From an uncultured Streptomyces sp. (GTDB lineage: Bacteria; Actinomycetota; Actinomycetes; Streptomycetales; Streptomycetaceae), in the NCBI GenBank assembly GCA_965653385.1, contig CBFGZZ010000002.1, positions 6,997 through 70,996 on the forward strand: a stretch of 64,000 nucleotides of DNA, in the 5' to 3' direction. This document shows, in pieces, positions 27,612-36,403 of the stretch. Under the pieces are notes generated by a model. That model saw only the letters and a program-made list of their open reading frames with translations, was not told the DNA's origin and made no database searches. Every line of letters starts with the position of its first letter. Within the stretch, counting starts at the first letter, position 1. A program made the position numbers and the translations under genes.

Positions 27612-28634
27612 TCACTCCCGGTTTCCGGAGACCGTCTCGCGCATGGCGCGCAGCGACTCCTTCAGGGAGCCCATGGTGGCGAGGACGGCGGTCGGCTCGT
27701 AGCCGCAGTGCGCCATGCAGTTGGCGCAGCGCGGGTCCTTGCCGCGGCCGTACTTGTCCCAGTCGGTGTCCTCGATCAGCTCCCGGTACGTCGGGACGTA
27801 CCCGTCGCTCATCAGATAGCAGGGGCGCTGCCAGCCGAAGAGCGAGTAGTTCGGGATCGCCCAGGCCGTGCACGGGAAGTCGACCTTGCCCTCGAGGAAG
27901 TCGAGGAACAGCGGCGAGTGATTCAGCCGCCACTTCCTGCGGTTGCCGCCCGCGAAGGCCTTCTTGAACAGCTCGCGGGTCTGCTCGACGCCGAGGAAGT
28001 GCTCCTGGTCGGGCGCCTTCTCGTAGGCGTAGGCGGGCGAGATCATCATCTCGTCGACCTTGAGGTCGTCGTTGAGGAAGTTGAGCACCTCGACGATGGT
28101 CTGCGGGGTGTCGGTGTTGAAGAAGGTCGAGTTGGTGGTGACCCGGAAGCCGCGCCGTTTGGCCTCCTTGATCGCCTCCACGGCCTCGTCGAACACGCCT
28201 TCCTTCGCCACCGACTCGTCGTGCCGCTCGCGCAGGCCGTCGATGTGCACGGCGAAGGCGAAGTAGGGCGAGGGCGTGAACTTGTCCATCTTCTTGCGCA
28301 GCAGCATGGCGTTGGTGCACAGGAAGACGTACTTCCGCCTGGCCACCAGCTGGCGCACGATCTCGTCGATCTGCGGGTGCATCAGCGGTTCGCCGCCGGC
28401 GATGGACACCATGGGCGCACCGGATTCGAGCACGGCCCCCACGGCCTGGGCCACCGGCATGCGCTGCTTCAGGACTCCGGCCGGATGCTGGATCTTGCCG
28501 CAGCCCTCGCACTTGAGGTTGCAGGCGAAAAGCGGTTCCAGCTCGACGATCAGCGGGAACTTGTCACGCCTGCGAAGCTTCTGTTCGGCCAAGTAAGTAG
28601 CGACCTTGATGGACTGACGCAGCGGCATGGCCAT
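27612..28634 (-). CDS. hpnH: Adenosyl-hopene transferase HpnH (radical SAM)
   Basis: CX3CX2C motif ([11 protein letters not shown]). Trimmed to the ATG at 28634, which has AGGAGG 8 nt upstream. Confidence 0.9.
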   Translation of the reverse strand: MAMPLRQSIKVATYLAEQKLRRRDKFPLIVELEPLFACNLKCEGCGKIQHPAGVLKQRMPVAQAVGAVLESGAPMVSIAGGEPLMHPQIDEIVRQLVARRKYVFLCTNAMLLRKKMDKFTPSPYFAFAVHIDGLRERHDESVAKEGVFDEAVEAIKEAKRRGFRVTTNSTFFNTDTPQTIVEVLNFLNDDLKVDEMMISPAYAYEKAPDQEHFLGVEQTRELFKKAFAGGNRRKWRLNHSPLFLDFLEGKVDFPCTAWAIPNYSLFGWQRPCYLMSDGYVPTYRELIEDTDWDKYGRGKDPRCANCMAHCGYEPTAVLATMGSLKESLRAMRETVSGNRE

Positions 28635-28639
28635 CTGGC

Positions 28640-29281
28640 TCACCTCCTGGGGAGCAGCGAAGAACGGTGCCATTCGTAGAATGCGGGTAGAACGACACGA
28701 AGGACGCGGAAAGCCGATATTCCACCGCGCAACGTGCCGATCCGGACGAGTTCATGTTCTGGAGCGTCCACGACCACCCGGACGGCCGCAACCGGGCGCT
28801 CGCCCGTGCGTACGGCGCTCAGGAGCGTGGCCGCCGACTCCATGTCGACCGCGATTGCGCCGGTCGCGAGCAGATCGGACCGCTCCTGACCTCGGATGAT
28901 GTGATCCGAGCCGGTGAGCGGTCCGGTGTGGACGGTGCGGCCGGGAGCGGCGCGCTTGAGTTCTTTGACGAGTAGGTCGGTTCCGACGCACGGAACGGTT
29001 CCCGCCGGATCCCGGGTCTCCTCGGCGACCACCAGATCACCGGGGTGCATCCCGGGGGCGAGCCCGGCGCAGAAACCCGTGGCGAGCACGGCGGCCCCAC
29101 TGAGGGCCGGGTCGGCCAGCATCCGGGTGACGGAGCGTTCCGCCGCCCGGGGTCCCATGCCCGTGCGGAGGACGGTGACCGGCCCGCCGGCCCCGCCGCG
29201 GTCACCGGCGCGCAGGGCGAGCTGCTCGATGCCGAGCGCGCAGGCGATCAGCAGCGGGGCCGGGGCGGGCTGTGGGCTCAT
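28640..29281 (-). CDS. hpnG: Hopanoid-associated phosphorylase/nucleosidase HpnG
   Basis: PNP_UDP_1-like (LIACALGIE..RTGMG..AVDMESAA). The track ORF runs on to 29815, but the ATG at 29281 shares one base with the shc stop (TGATG). 213 aa. Confidence 0.85.
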   Translation of the reverse strand: MSPQPAPAPLLIACALGIEQLALRAGDRGGAGGPVTVLRTGMGPRAAERSVTRMLADPALSGAAVLATGFCAGLAPGMHPGDLVVAEETRDPAGTVPCVGTDLLVKELKRAAPGRTVHTGPLTGSDHIIRGQERSDLLATGAIAVDMESAATLLSAVRTGERPVAAVRVVVDAPEHELVRIGTLRGGISAFRVLRVVLPAFYEWHRSSLLPRR

Positions 29282-31311
29282 CAGCTTCCCTTGGCCTCGG
29301 TGAGAGCCGCCTCGTCGAGAGCCGCCCCGGCCTTGTCGGCGAAGGGCTCTCCGTGGACGTACCGGCCGAGTGCGGTGAGCGGGAAGACCTGACGGTAGAG
29401 GTGGTAGTTGATCGAGAAGTCCCACGGGAAGCCGGTTCCGGTGAAGTGCGGCTCGTCCCAGGAGCCGTCCTCGCGCTGGGTGGCCGCGAGCCACTCGATG
29501 CCGCGCTCGACGGCCTTGGAGTCCTTCTCCCCCGCGGCCAGCAGCGCCATCAGCGCCCATGCGGTCTGCGAGGCGGTGGAGGCGCCCTTGCCGCTCCACT
29601 CCTTGACGTACTTGTAGGAGCGCAGGTCCTCCCCCCAGCCGCCGTCGTCGTTCTGGACGGACTCCAGCCAGGCCACGGCGCGGCGGATCGCCGGGTGCGA
29701 GCCCGGGAAACCGGCCGCCACCAGGGCGGGTACGACGGATCCGGTGCCGTAGACGTAGTTGACGCCCCAGCGTCCGAACCACGAGCCGTCCGGCTCCTGC
29801 TCGGCGAGCAGCCACTGGATGCCGCGCCGGGTGCGCGGGTCGTGGGCGAGGCCCTCGACCGCGAGCATCTCGACGACGTGCGCGGTGACGTCGGCCGACG
29901 GCGGGTCGATGACCTCGCCGAAGTCGCAGAACGGCAGCCGGTTGGGGAACGGGCTGGTGTTGTCGACGTCGAAGGCGCCCCAGGCCCCGTTCTTCGACTG
30001 CATCCCGAGGTTCCAGCGGACCCCGCGCCCGATGGCCTTCTCGACGCGCTCCGGGTCATGGTGCTTGACGCGGCGCAGCGCGAGGACGACCTCGGCGGTG
30101 TCGTCGATGTCGGGGTAGTTGTCGTTGTGGAACTCGAAAGCCCAGCCGCCGGGCGGCAGTTGGGGCCGTTTGACCGCCCAGTCGCCGGGACGGACGATCT
30201 CCTCGCCGAGCATCCAGTCGGCGGCCTTGACGAGCTGCGGATGATCGGCGGGCACACCGGCGTCCACGAGTGCGATGGTCGCGAGGCAGGTGTCCCAGAC
30301 GGGCGACTGACACGCCTCGATCATTCGGGCCCCGTCCTCGCGCCAGACGGCGAAACGGTCCAGCGACGCCAACCCCTCGCGCATGACAGGGTGTTCGAGG
30401 TCGTAGCCGAGCAGGTGAAGCGCGATGATCGAGTACACCGCCGGTGGCTGGATGCCGCCCCAGCAGCCGTCGTTCTCCTGCCGCTCGATGATCCAGCGGG
30501 CGGCGCTGTGCATGGCGGCTCTGCGCAGCCTGCGCGGGGCGACCTTGCGCAGCTGGTGCAGCGCCTTGTCGAGCCGCTGGAAGGCGCCGTCCCAACTCGC
30601 CACCGGGGCAAGGGGCCTCGGCGGGTTGGGGTCGGCCGGGTCGGTGTGCAGTTCGTCGAGCGGGAAGGGCGCGGGCCGTACCGGGCGCTTCGCGGAGACG
30701 ATCGTCAGCGGGACGATGGTCTGCCGGGCCCAGCAGCCGAAGTCGTAGATGTTGAGCGGCACCCACTTGGGGAAGTAGATGAGCTCCGGCGGGAGTTCCG
30801 GCAGATCCTCCCACTTCCACCAGCCGAACAGGGCCAGCCAGATCCGGGTGAAGACCCGGGAGGCGGCGATCCCGCCCCGCTCACGGATCCACGCCGACGC
30901 CCTCGCCATGTGCGGTGCGTCCGGCGCGTCGCCGGCCAGCCGGAGGGCGACGTACGCCTCGACGGTGGCGGAGAGCTCGCCCGGACCGCCGTAGAAGGTG
31001 GCCCAGGCGCCGTCCTGGCGCTGCTCACCGCGGATGAAGAGCGCGGCGGCCCGGGTTGTCTTCTCGTCGCGGATCCCGAGGAACTGGCGGAGCAGCAGGT
31101 CCTCGGCATCCATGGTGACGTTCGTCTCGAGGTCGCCCTTCCACCAGCCCTGGGCGTCCTGGCGCGTCAGCAGAAAGTCGGTGGCGCGCCGGACCGCGCG
31201 CCGGGCGGCCTCGTGCACCCCGGCCGCCACGAGGGTCTCACTGTCGGTGTCGCTGGCCGCGGCTGCCCGGGGCGGGAGAGCCCCGGTGCTTCCGTCGGTC
31301 GTCGCTGTCAT
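29281..31311 (-). CDS. shc: Squalene-hopene cyclase
   Basis: Catalytic DIDDTAEV (DxDDTA) motif and multiple QW repeats (e.g. RQDAQGWW, QENDGCWGG, EQEPDGSWFGRWG). Trimmed to the ATG at 31311 (AAGGGGAAG upstream). 676 aa. Confidence 0.95.
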   Translation of the reverse strand: MTATTDGSTGALPPRAAAASDTDSETLVAAGVHEAARRAVRRATDFLLTRQDAQGWWKGDLETNVTMDAEDLLLRQFLGIRDEKTTRAAALFIRGEQRQDGAWATFYGGPGELSATVEAYVALRLAGDAPDAPHMARASAWIRERGGIAASRVFTRIWLALFGWWKWEDLPELPPELIYFPKWVPLNIYDFGCWARQTIVPLTIVSAKRPVRPAPFPLDELHTDPADPNPPRPLAPVASWDGAFQRLDKALHQLRKVAPRRLRRAAMHSAARWIIERQENDGCWGGIQPPAVYSIIALHLLGYDLEHPVMREGLASLDRFAVWREDGARMIEACQSPVWDTCLATIALVDAGVPADHPQLVKAADWMLGEEIVRPGDWAVKRPQLPPGGWAFEFHNDNYPDIDDTAEVVLALRRVKHHDPERVEKAIGRGVRWNLGMQSKNGAWGAFDVDNTSPFPNRLPFCDFGEVIDPPSADVTAHVVEMLAVEGLAHDPRTRRGIQWLLAEQEPDGSWFGRWGVNYVYGTGSVVPALVAAGFPGSHPAIRRAVAWLESVQNDDGGWGEDLRSYKYVKEWSGKGASTASQTAWALMALLAAGEKDSKAVERGIEWLAATQREDGSWDEPHFTGTGFPWDFSINYHLYRQVFPLTALGRYVHGEPFADKAGAALDEAALTEAKGS

Positions 31312-31362
31312 GGCTTCCCCTTCGTGCAGTGCTCTGTAGTGCGTCTGCTGTGGGTCCGCCGT

Positions 31363-31395
31363 CGGCCGGTGCGCTGGTTCCCGCCACACCGGCCG
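31363..31395 (-). terminator. GC hairpin between the polyprenyl synthase gene and shc (possible internal terminator or attenuator)
   Basis: CGGCCGGTG (31363-31371) pairs with CACCGGCCG (31387-31395) across a 15-nt loop. It lies in the only sizeable gap (141 nt) inside the hpn cluster. No U-tract follows. Confidence 0.25.
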
Positions 31396-31452
31396 GCGAC
31401 TACGCGAGGGCTATTCGACCGATACTGATCATCTCTTTTCGCCCGTTGGTGC

Positions 31453-32589
31453 TCATCTCTTCCGTACGACGACGAAGTCGGCGAGCGCAGTGAACCGCGC
31501 CCGCACCCGGTCGGGCATGTCGACCGCGTCGAGCGCCTCGACGGCGACGGCGTGCTGACGACGTGCCTCGTCGGCGGTCCACTCACGGCCGCCCGCCTCC
31601 TCGATGAGGGCGGCGCGGGCCGCGAACTCCTCCTCGGAGAAGTTCTCGAAGTCGCTGCTCTTGGCGTCGGCTGCGAGCATCTCGCCGAGCCGCTCCGAGG
31701 CTGAGCCGCCCGCGGCGAGCGCGGCCACGACCGGCAGGGACTTCTTGCGCTGGCGCAGGTCGCTCCAGGTCTGCTTGCCGGTGGAGACCGGGTCGCCCCA
31801 GATGCCGAGCAGGTCGTCGACGGCCTGGAAGGCGAGGCCCAGGTGGTAGCCGTACTTCTCCAGGGTGTCGGCGGTACGGTCGTCGGCGCCGCCGAGCACC
31901 GCGCCGATGGAGCTGGCGCAGGCGAGCAGGGCGCCGGTCTTGTTGCCCTCCATCTCCAGGCACTCCTCGACGCTGACGCGGTCGCGGTGTTCGTAGGAGA
32001 TGTCCTGCGCCTGACCGTCGATCAGGGCGCGGGTGGCGGTGGTCAGGCGGCGGGTGGCGCGGCCGGCCTCGACGGTGCCGAGTTCCAGCAGGACCTCGTT
32101 GGCGAGGGCGAACAGGGCGTCGCCGACGAGGATGGCCTGGGCGGGGCCGTGCACCTTCCACACCGTGTCGCGGTGGCGGCGCTGTTCGTCGCCGTCCATC
32201 AGGTCGTCGTGGAGCAGGGAGAAGTTGTGGACCAGTTCGACGGCGACGGCGCCGGGGATGCCGACCTCGGGCGAGGCGCCGGTGACCTCGGCGGAGAGCA
32301 CCGCCAGGGCGGGGCGCACGGCCTTGCCGCCGTCGCCGGCCGTGGGCTTGCCGTCGGCGTCGATCCAGCCGAAGTGGTAGGCGGAAACGGTGTCCATGGG
32401 AGCGGCCAGGCGGTCGATCGCCGCCCGCAGTACCGGTGTGGCCAGGGTCCTCCCGCGCTCCAGGAGCGCGGCCACGTCCACCGCGGTCTCTCGAGCGGCC
32501 TTCTCGGCCGGGGGCACAGTGGGCACGGTCTCTCCTCTTGTTGCGGTACCGGGGGTGCGGGGGCCTGCCGCCGGGCGCTGGTTCAGCAT
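31453..32589 (-). CDS. Polyprenyl diphosphate synthase (FPP-synthase type) of the hopanoid cluster
   Basis: First Asp-rich motif LLHDDLMDGD and second FQAVDDLLG. The track ORF extends to 33216, but the ATG at 32589 shares one base with the hpnE stop (TGATG). Confidence 0.9.
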   Translation of the reverse strand: MLNQRPAAGPRTPGTATRGETVPTVPPAEKAARETAVDVAALLERGRTLATPVLRAAIDRLAAPMDTVSAYHFGWIDADGKPTAGDGGKAVRPALAVLSAEVTGASPEVGIPGAVAVELVHNFSLLHDDLMDGDEQRRHRDTVWKVHGPAQAILVGDALFALANEVLLELGTVEAGRATRRLTTATRALIDGQAQDISYEHRDRVSVEECLEMEGNKTGALLACASSIGAVLGGADDRTADTLEKYGYHLGLAFQAVDDLLGIWGDPVSTGKQTWSDLRQRKKSLPVVAALAAGGSASERLGEMLAADAKSSDFENFSEEEFAARAALIEEAGGREWTADEARRQHAVAVEALDAVDMPDRVRARFTALADFVVVRKR

Positions 32590-34019
32590 CACGCCGCCTC
32601 CTCGACGTCGAAAAGGTGACGGGGGCGGGGCCGGCCCAGGGCGCTCAGCGCGGCTTCGGCCGCACTCACGCCGCTGCGGACCGCACTCTCCATGGTCGCG
32701 GGCCACCCAGTGGCGGTCCACGCTCCGGCCAGACAGAGGCCGGGTGCCTTGGTGCGGGCGCCGGGCCGCAGCCGCCCGACGCCGGGGATGGGGGCGAACG
32801 TCGCGGTGCGCTCCCTGGTCACGAAGAAGTCCTTCACCCGCGCACCGCGCGCCGCGGGCAACAGCCGCTCCAGCTCCGGCAGATACCGCTCGCGCAGCGC
32901 GGCGACCGGCTCGTCGATCTCGTCCTGCGCGGCCGACTGGGACAGGGCGAGGTACTGCCCGTCCCTGAGCCCGGAGGCGTCGGTCCGGTCGAACACCCAC
33001 TGCACCGGGGTGCCGAGCGCCGCGAAGAACGGGCTGCTGAGCACCTTGCGGTCGTACACGACATGGACGTTGAGGATCGGCGCGGTGCCGATCTCCAGAA
33101 GTCGTTCCGGGGCGTCGAGGGCACCCTCGGGCAGCAGGTCGTACGCCTCGCGCTGGGCCACCGCGAGCACGACCGCGTCCGCGCGCAGTGTCTCGCCGGG
33201 AACCTGAACGATCCAACGCCCGTTCTCGTCAGTAGAGATGGAGGTGACGCGTGTACGGACCTCGGTGCGCACGCCCGCGGAGTCGAGCGCCTTGCGGGCC
33301 AGCCGGTCGTGCAGTTCGCCCAGCGGGACATGTGCCCATCCGATGTCGGCCGCGCCCGGGTCGGACAGCAGACCGGTCTTGAACACCATCGCGGCGAGCC
33401 CCAGTGAGGCGTCGCCCGCGACCGCGTTGAGGGTGGCGACCCCGACCAGGTCCCACAGGGCCTCGACGGCACGCGCCGACTGGCCGTGCGCGGTCAGCCA
33501 GCTGCCGAAGTCGGTTGCGTCCAGGCTCGGATCGGCGAGGTCGAGCCCCTTGAGCGCGAGCGCGGCACGCCCGACCTTCGCGCGATCGGCGAGCGACAGA
33601 TGCGGATATGTCGCCAGGCTCCGGCCCAGGTGCAGGGGTACGGGCAGCGCGTCGCGCCGCAGTCTGCCGAGCCGACGGCCCTCGGGCCGCGCCAGGTCGA
33701 CCACGGGTACGTCGAGACGGTCCTGAAGCGGTGCCAGCGCCGTTCCCTCGATGCGGTCGAGGAACCAGCGGTAGGCGGTGCAGCAGCGCAGATAGACGTG
33801 CTGTCCGTTGTCGACGGTCAGGTCGCCGCGCTGGAAGGAGAAGGCCAGACCACCGAGCCTCGGCCTGCCCTCGATCAGGGTGACGCGCACTCCGGCGTCG
33901 GCGAGTGCGAGCGCGGCGGTGATGCCGGCGAGCCCGCCGCCGACCACGACGGCGTCCTTCCCCGCACTGTCTCCCGGGATGTCCGCGAGCGACCCCTCGG
34001 GCCGCGTGCCGTCGGTCAT
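32589..34019 (-). CDS. hpnE: Hydroxysqualene dehydroxylase HpnE (FAD amine-oxidase/phytoene-desaturase fold)
   Basis: N-terminal FAD fold VVVGGGLAGITAALALADAG. 476 aa. GGGGAGGG lies 6 nt upstream of the ATG at 34019. Confidence 0.9.
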   Translation of the reverse strand: MTDGTRPEGSLADIPGDSAGKDAVVVGGGLAGITAALALADAGVRVTLIEGRPRLGGLAFSFQRGDLTVDNGQHVYLRCCTAYRWFLDRIEGTALAPLQDRLDVPVVDLARPEGRRLGRLRRDALPVPLHLGRSLATYPHLSLADRAKVGRAALALKGLDLADPSLDATDFGSWLTAHGQSARAVEALWDLVGVATLNAVAGDASLGLAAMVFKTGLLSDPGAADIGWAHVPLGELHDRLARKALDSAGVRTEVRTRVTSISTDENGRWIVQVPGETLRADAVVLAVAQREAYDLLPEGALDAPERLLEIGTAPILNVHVVYDRKVLSSPFFAALGTPVQWVFDRTDASGLRDGQYLALSQSAAQDEIDEPVAALRERYLPELERLLPAARGARVKDFFVTRERTATFAPIPGVGRLRPGARTKAPGLCLAGAWTATGWPATMESAVRSGVSAAEAALSALGRPRPRHLFDVEEAA

Positions 34020-34159
34020 CGTGCACCCTCCCCAGCGCGACCGCCGTCCCGGTACTTGAACGGTGCACGGCCGGTCGTCTCAGTCAGGGACGCGACCCGG
34101 CAGCGGAGGGTTGCCCGCCGCTTTTCGCCGGTGGCATCACCTTGGGCCGGAATGTCCAT
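34016..34159 (-). CDS. Candidate 47-aa micro-ORF bridging hpnD and hpnE
   Basis: Hand translation: MDIPAQGDATGEKRRATLRCRVASLTETTGRAPFKYRDGGRAGEGAR. Its ATG (34159) shares a base with the hpnD stop (TGATG) and its TGA overlaps the hpnE ATG (ATGA). GC3 is about 70 percent by my count, lower than its neighbours. It is too short for the ORF track. Confidence 0.4.
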   Translation of the reverse strand: MDIPAQGDATGEKRRATLRCRVASLTETTGRAPFKYRDGGRAGEGAR

Positions 34160-35121
34160 CAGGCGCGCCTCCTGATGGTACGGCTGACGGTTCGCCGGGT
34201 CACATGCCGGGCGTCCAGACCGGACAGACCGCGCACGGCGACGTACGCCTTCTCCCGCCCGGGCAGCGAGACCCGGCCGCGCAGCACGGCCTCGGGGTCG
34301 CGTTCGATGCGGTCGAGGAGGCGGAGGTAGATGCCGGCCATGGCGGCGACACAGGCGCCGCTGCGCCGGTCCAGCATGGGGAGCAGCCGGTAGCCCTCGG
34401 CGAAAAGGGCGCGGGCCCGACGCACTTCGAAGTGCACGAGGCCCGCGAAGTCGGAGCCCTCCGGTGGTGTCGGCCCGCTGAAGCCGGTGGAGCAGCCGAA
34501 CTTGGCGAGGTCGTCGGAGGGCAGATAGGTGCGCCCGCCCTCGGCGTCCTCGCGGACGTCCCGCAGGATGTTGGTGAGCTGGAGGGCCAGCCCGAGCGTG
34601 TCGGCGTACTCGGGTGCGCGCTCGGCCCCGCGCGCGCCGGGTTCCGTGCCGAACACGCCGAGCGAGAGCCGTCCGATGGCGCCCGCCACACAGCGGCAGT
34701 AGACCTTCAGGTCGTCCCAGGTCTCGTAGGTCTCGCCGCGTACGTCCATCAGGACGCCGTCGATGAGCTCGTCGAGGCCGCCGAGCGGGATCGGGAAGGT
34801 GTCGGCGGCGTGGGCGAGGGCCACGGCCACGGGGTCGGTGTCGTCCTCGTCGACCTCGCGGTCACGGATCCGGCTCAGCAGCTCCCGGGTGTCCTCGAGC
34901 CTGGCGATCTTGACGTCGCCGGCAAGGGCGCCGTCGCCGATGTCGTCGACGCGGCGCGAGAACGCGTACAGCGCCGACATCGCGCGGCGCTTGGCCGTGG
35001 GCAGCAGCCTGATGCCATAGGCGAAGTTACGGGCCTGCTGCCCCGTGACGGCCTCGCAGTAGCTGTAGGCGGCGAGTACCGGTGCGGACGCGTGTGGTGC
35101 AGACTCCACGGTCCGGATCAC
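34159..35121 (-). CDS. hpnD: Presqualene diphosphate synthase HpnD (squalene/phytoene synthase family)
   Basis: Contains YAFSRRVDDIGDG and LQLTNILRDVREDAEGGRTYLP. The GTG start overlaps the hpnC stop (GTGA at 35118-35121). Confidence 0.9.
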   Translation of the reverse strand: MIRTVESAPHASAPVLAAYSYCEAVTGQQARNFAYGIRLLPTAKRRAMSALYAFSRRVDDIGDGALAGDVKIARLEDTRELLSRIRDREVDEDDTDPVAVALAHAADTFPIPLGGLDELIDGVLMDVRGETYETWDDLKVYCRCVAGAIGRLSLGVFGTEPGARGAERAPEYADTLGLALQLTNILRDVREDAEGGRTYLPSDDLAKFGCSTGFSGPTPPEGSDFAGLVHFEVRRARALFAEGYRLLPMLDRRSGACVAAMAGIYLRLLDRIERDPEAVLRGRVSLPGREKAYVAVRGLSGLDARHVTRRTVSRTIRRRA

Positions 35122-36047
35122 CCCTCTCCTCGCAGAGTCACGCCCACCTCGCGCAGCAGCTGGAGCCTGCTGGCCTTCGGCGGGCCGGGAAGTACGTCGT
35201 ATTCGGCGGCGGAGATCGCACGGATCGCCGCCTTTCCCCCCGCCACGAATCCCGCGAGCAGCAGCTTCAGCCTGCCGTGGACGCTACCCACCAGGGAGGT
35301 GCCTTCATTCAGGAGGGTTTGAGCGCGTTCGGCTTCGTATGCAACCAGTGCGCGCACCGATGCGCCTGCTGTTTTTGCCGCTAGGTCGGTTTCCTGGACG
35401 TGAAAGTGCTTCATGTCCGCCGCGGGCAGATAGATCCGGTCACGGCCGAGGTCCTCGGCGACGTCCTGGAGGTGCTCGACGATCTGCAGGGCCGTGCAGA
35501 CCGCGTCGGAGCGGCGGATCCGCTCGGGCGTGGCGGTGCCGGTGACGGCGAGGACGAGCCTGCCGACGGGGTTGGCGGACAGTTCGCAGTAAGCAAGGAG
35601 ATCGTCGTAGGTCTCGTAGCGCGTGACGAGCTGGTCCTGGCGGTTGGCGGCGATCAGGCCGAGGAAGGGCTCGGGGGTCAGCGAGCGCCGGCGCACGGTG
35701 GGCTGGAGGCGGCGCAGCAGGGGGTGGCGCGGGGTGCCGTCGAAGACGCGGCGCAGATCGGCCTCGAAGGCGTCGAGGAGCACCAGGCGGTCGTCGGCCT
35801 CCGCGGGCGACACGCCGAGCAGCCGGGCGTCGGCGCCACCGGGGGCGAGATCGCCGTCGCCGATGTCGTCGACGAGGCGGGCGAAGCCGTATACGGCCAT
35901 GAGGTCGGTGCGCCAGGCCCTGGGCAGGAAGAAAGGCGCCACGGGGAAGTTCTCCGCGGCGGCCTTGTCGAGCGTGCCACGCTCGGGATCAGCTGTGCGC
36001 GCGCCGGTTCCCGTCACCGGGGGCTGCCCGGCGCGGGGACGGCACAT
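35118..36047 (-). CDS. hpnC: Squalene synthase HpnC (squalene/phytoene synthase family)
   Basis: Contains YGFARLVDDIGDGD and LQIVEHLQDVAEDLGRDRIYLP. It is the first gene of the hpnCDE run. ATG at 36047. Confidence 0.9.
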   Translation of the reverse strand: MCRPRAGQPPVTGTGARTADPERGTLDKAAAENFPVAPFFLPRAWRTDLMAVYGFARLVDDIGDGDLAPGGADARLLGVSPAEADDRLVLLDAFEADLRRVFDGTPRHPLLRRLQPTVRRRSLTPEPFLGLIAANRQDQLVTRYETYDDLLAYCELSANPVGRLVLAVTGTATPERIRRSDAVCTALQIVEHLQDVAEDLGRDRIYLPAADMKHFHVQETDLAAKTAGASVRALVAYEAERAQTLLNEGTSLVGSVHGRLKLLLAGFVAGGKAAIRAISAAEYDVLPGPPKASRLQLLREVGVTLRGEG

Positions 36048-36332
36048 GCTGCGTGGAGCTGGGGAGTTTCCGTAGCCATTGCCGTCACATCTCCCGTTCT
36101 ACACCGCAGACCCAATGCACACTATTTCGGACACGCCGCCCGGCGTCCGCGCCGCGGCCCTGCGCGGGGGTGCCGTTCGTTATCGCCCCACTTGCCGCGT
36201 TTCGGTACCGGTACAGCTTACGTTGTACAACGGGGCCGGGCCCGTGGGGGTGTCCTGCACATCACAACAACACACCGATTGGCGTCAAGGTTCCCGAGAC
36301 CAGCCGGAGTTGACGTTTCCTTTGCAGACGCG

Positions 36333-36363
36333 GGGCCCCGCCGGAGCAGTTCCGGCGGGGCCC
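36333..36363 (-). terminator. 13-bp GC hairpin terminating the ABC-exporter/polyol-phosphate operon
   Basis: GGGCCCCGCCGGA-gcagt-TCCGGCGGGGCCC, 40 nt downstream of the ATPase stop (36404). No U-tract follows, as is common in high-GC actinobacteria. Confidence 0.55.
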
Positions 36364-36403
36364 TGCGAAGCGTCCTGGGCCGCACGGCCCATGTCCGGGT
36401 GGA

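Noticed and set aside
31453-33216. N-terminal extensions of track ORFs that run into the upstream gene: 31453..33216, 28640..29815, 38212..39624, 49474..51480, 60840..63107, 45726..46589 and 6106..7269.
   Set aside because: The extended parts are Arg/Pro-rich and overlap a bona fide upstream gene in another frame. Internal starts coincide with stop/start overlaps or good SD spacing, and they give the usual family N-termini and lengths.
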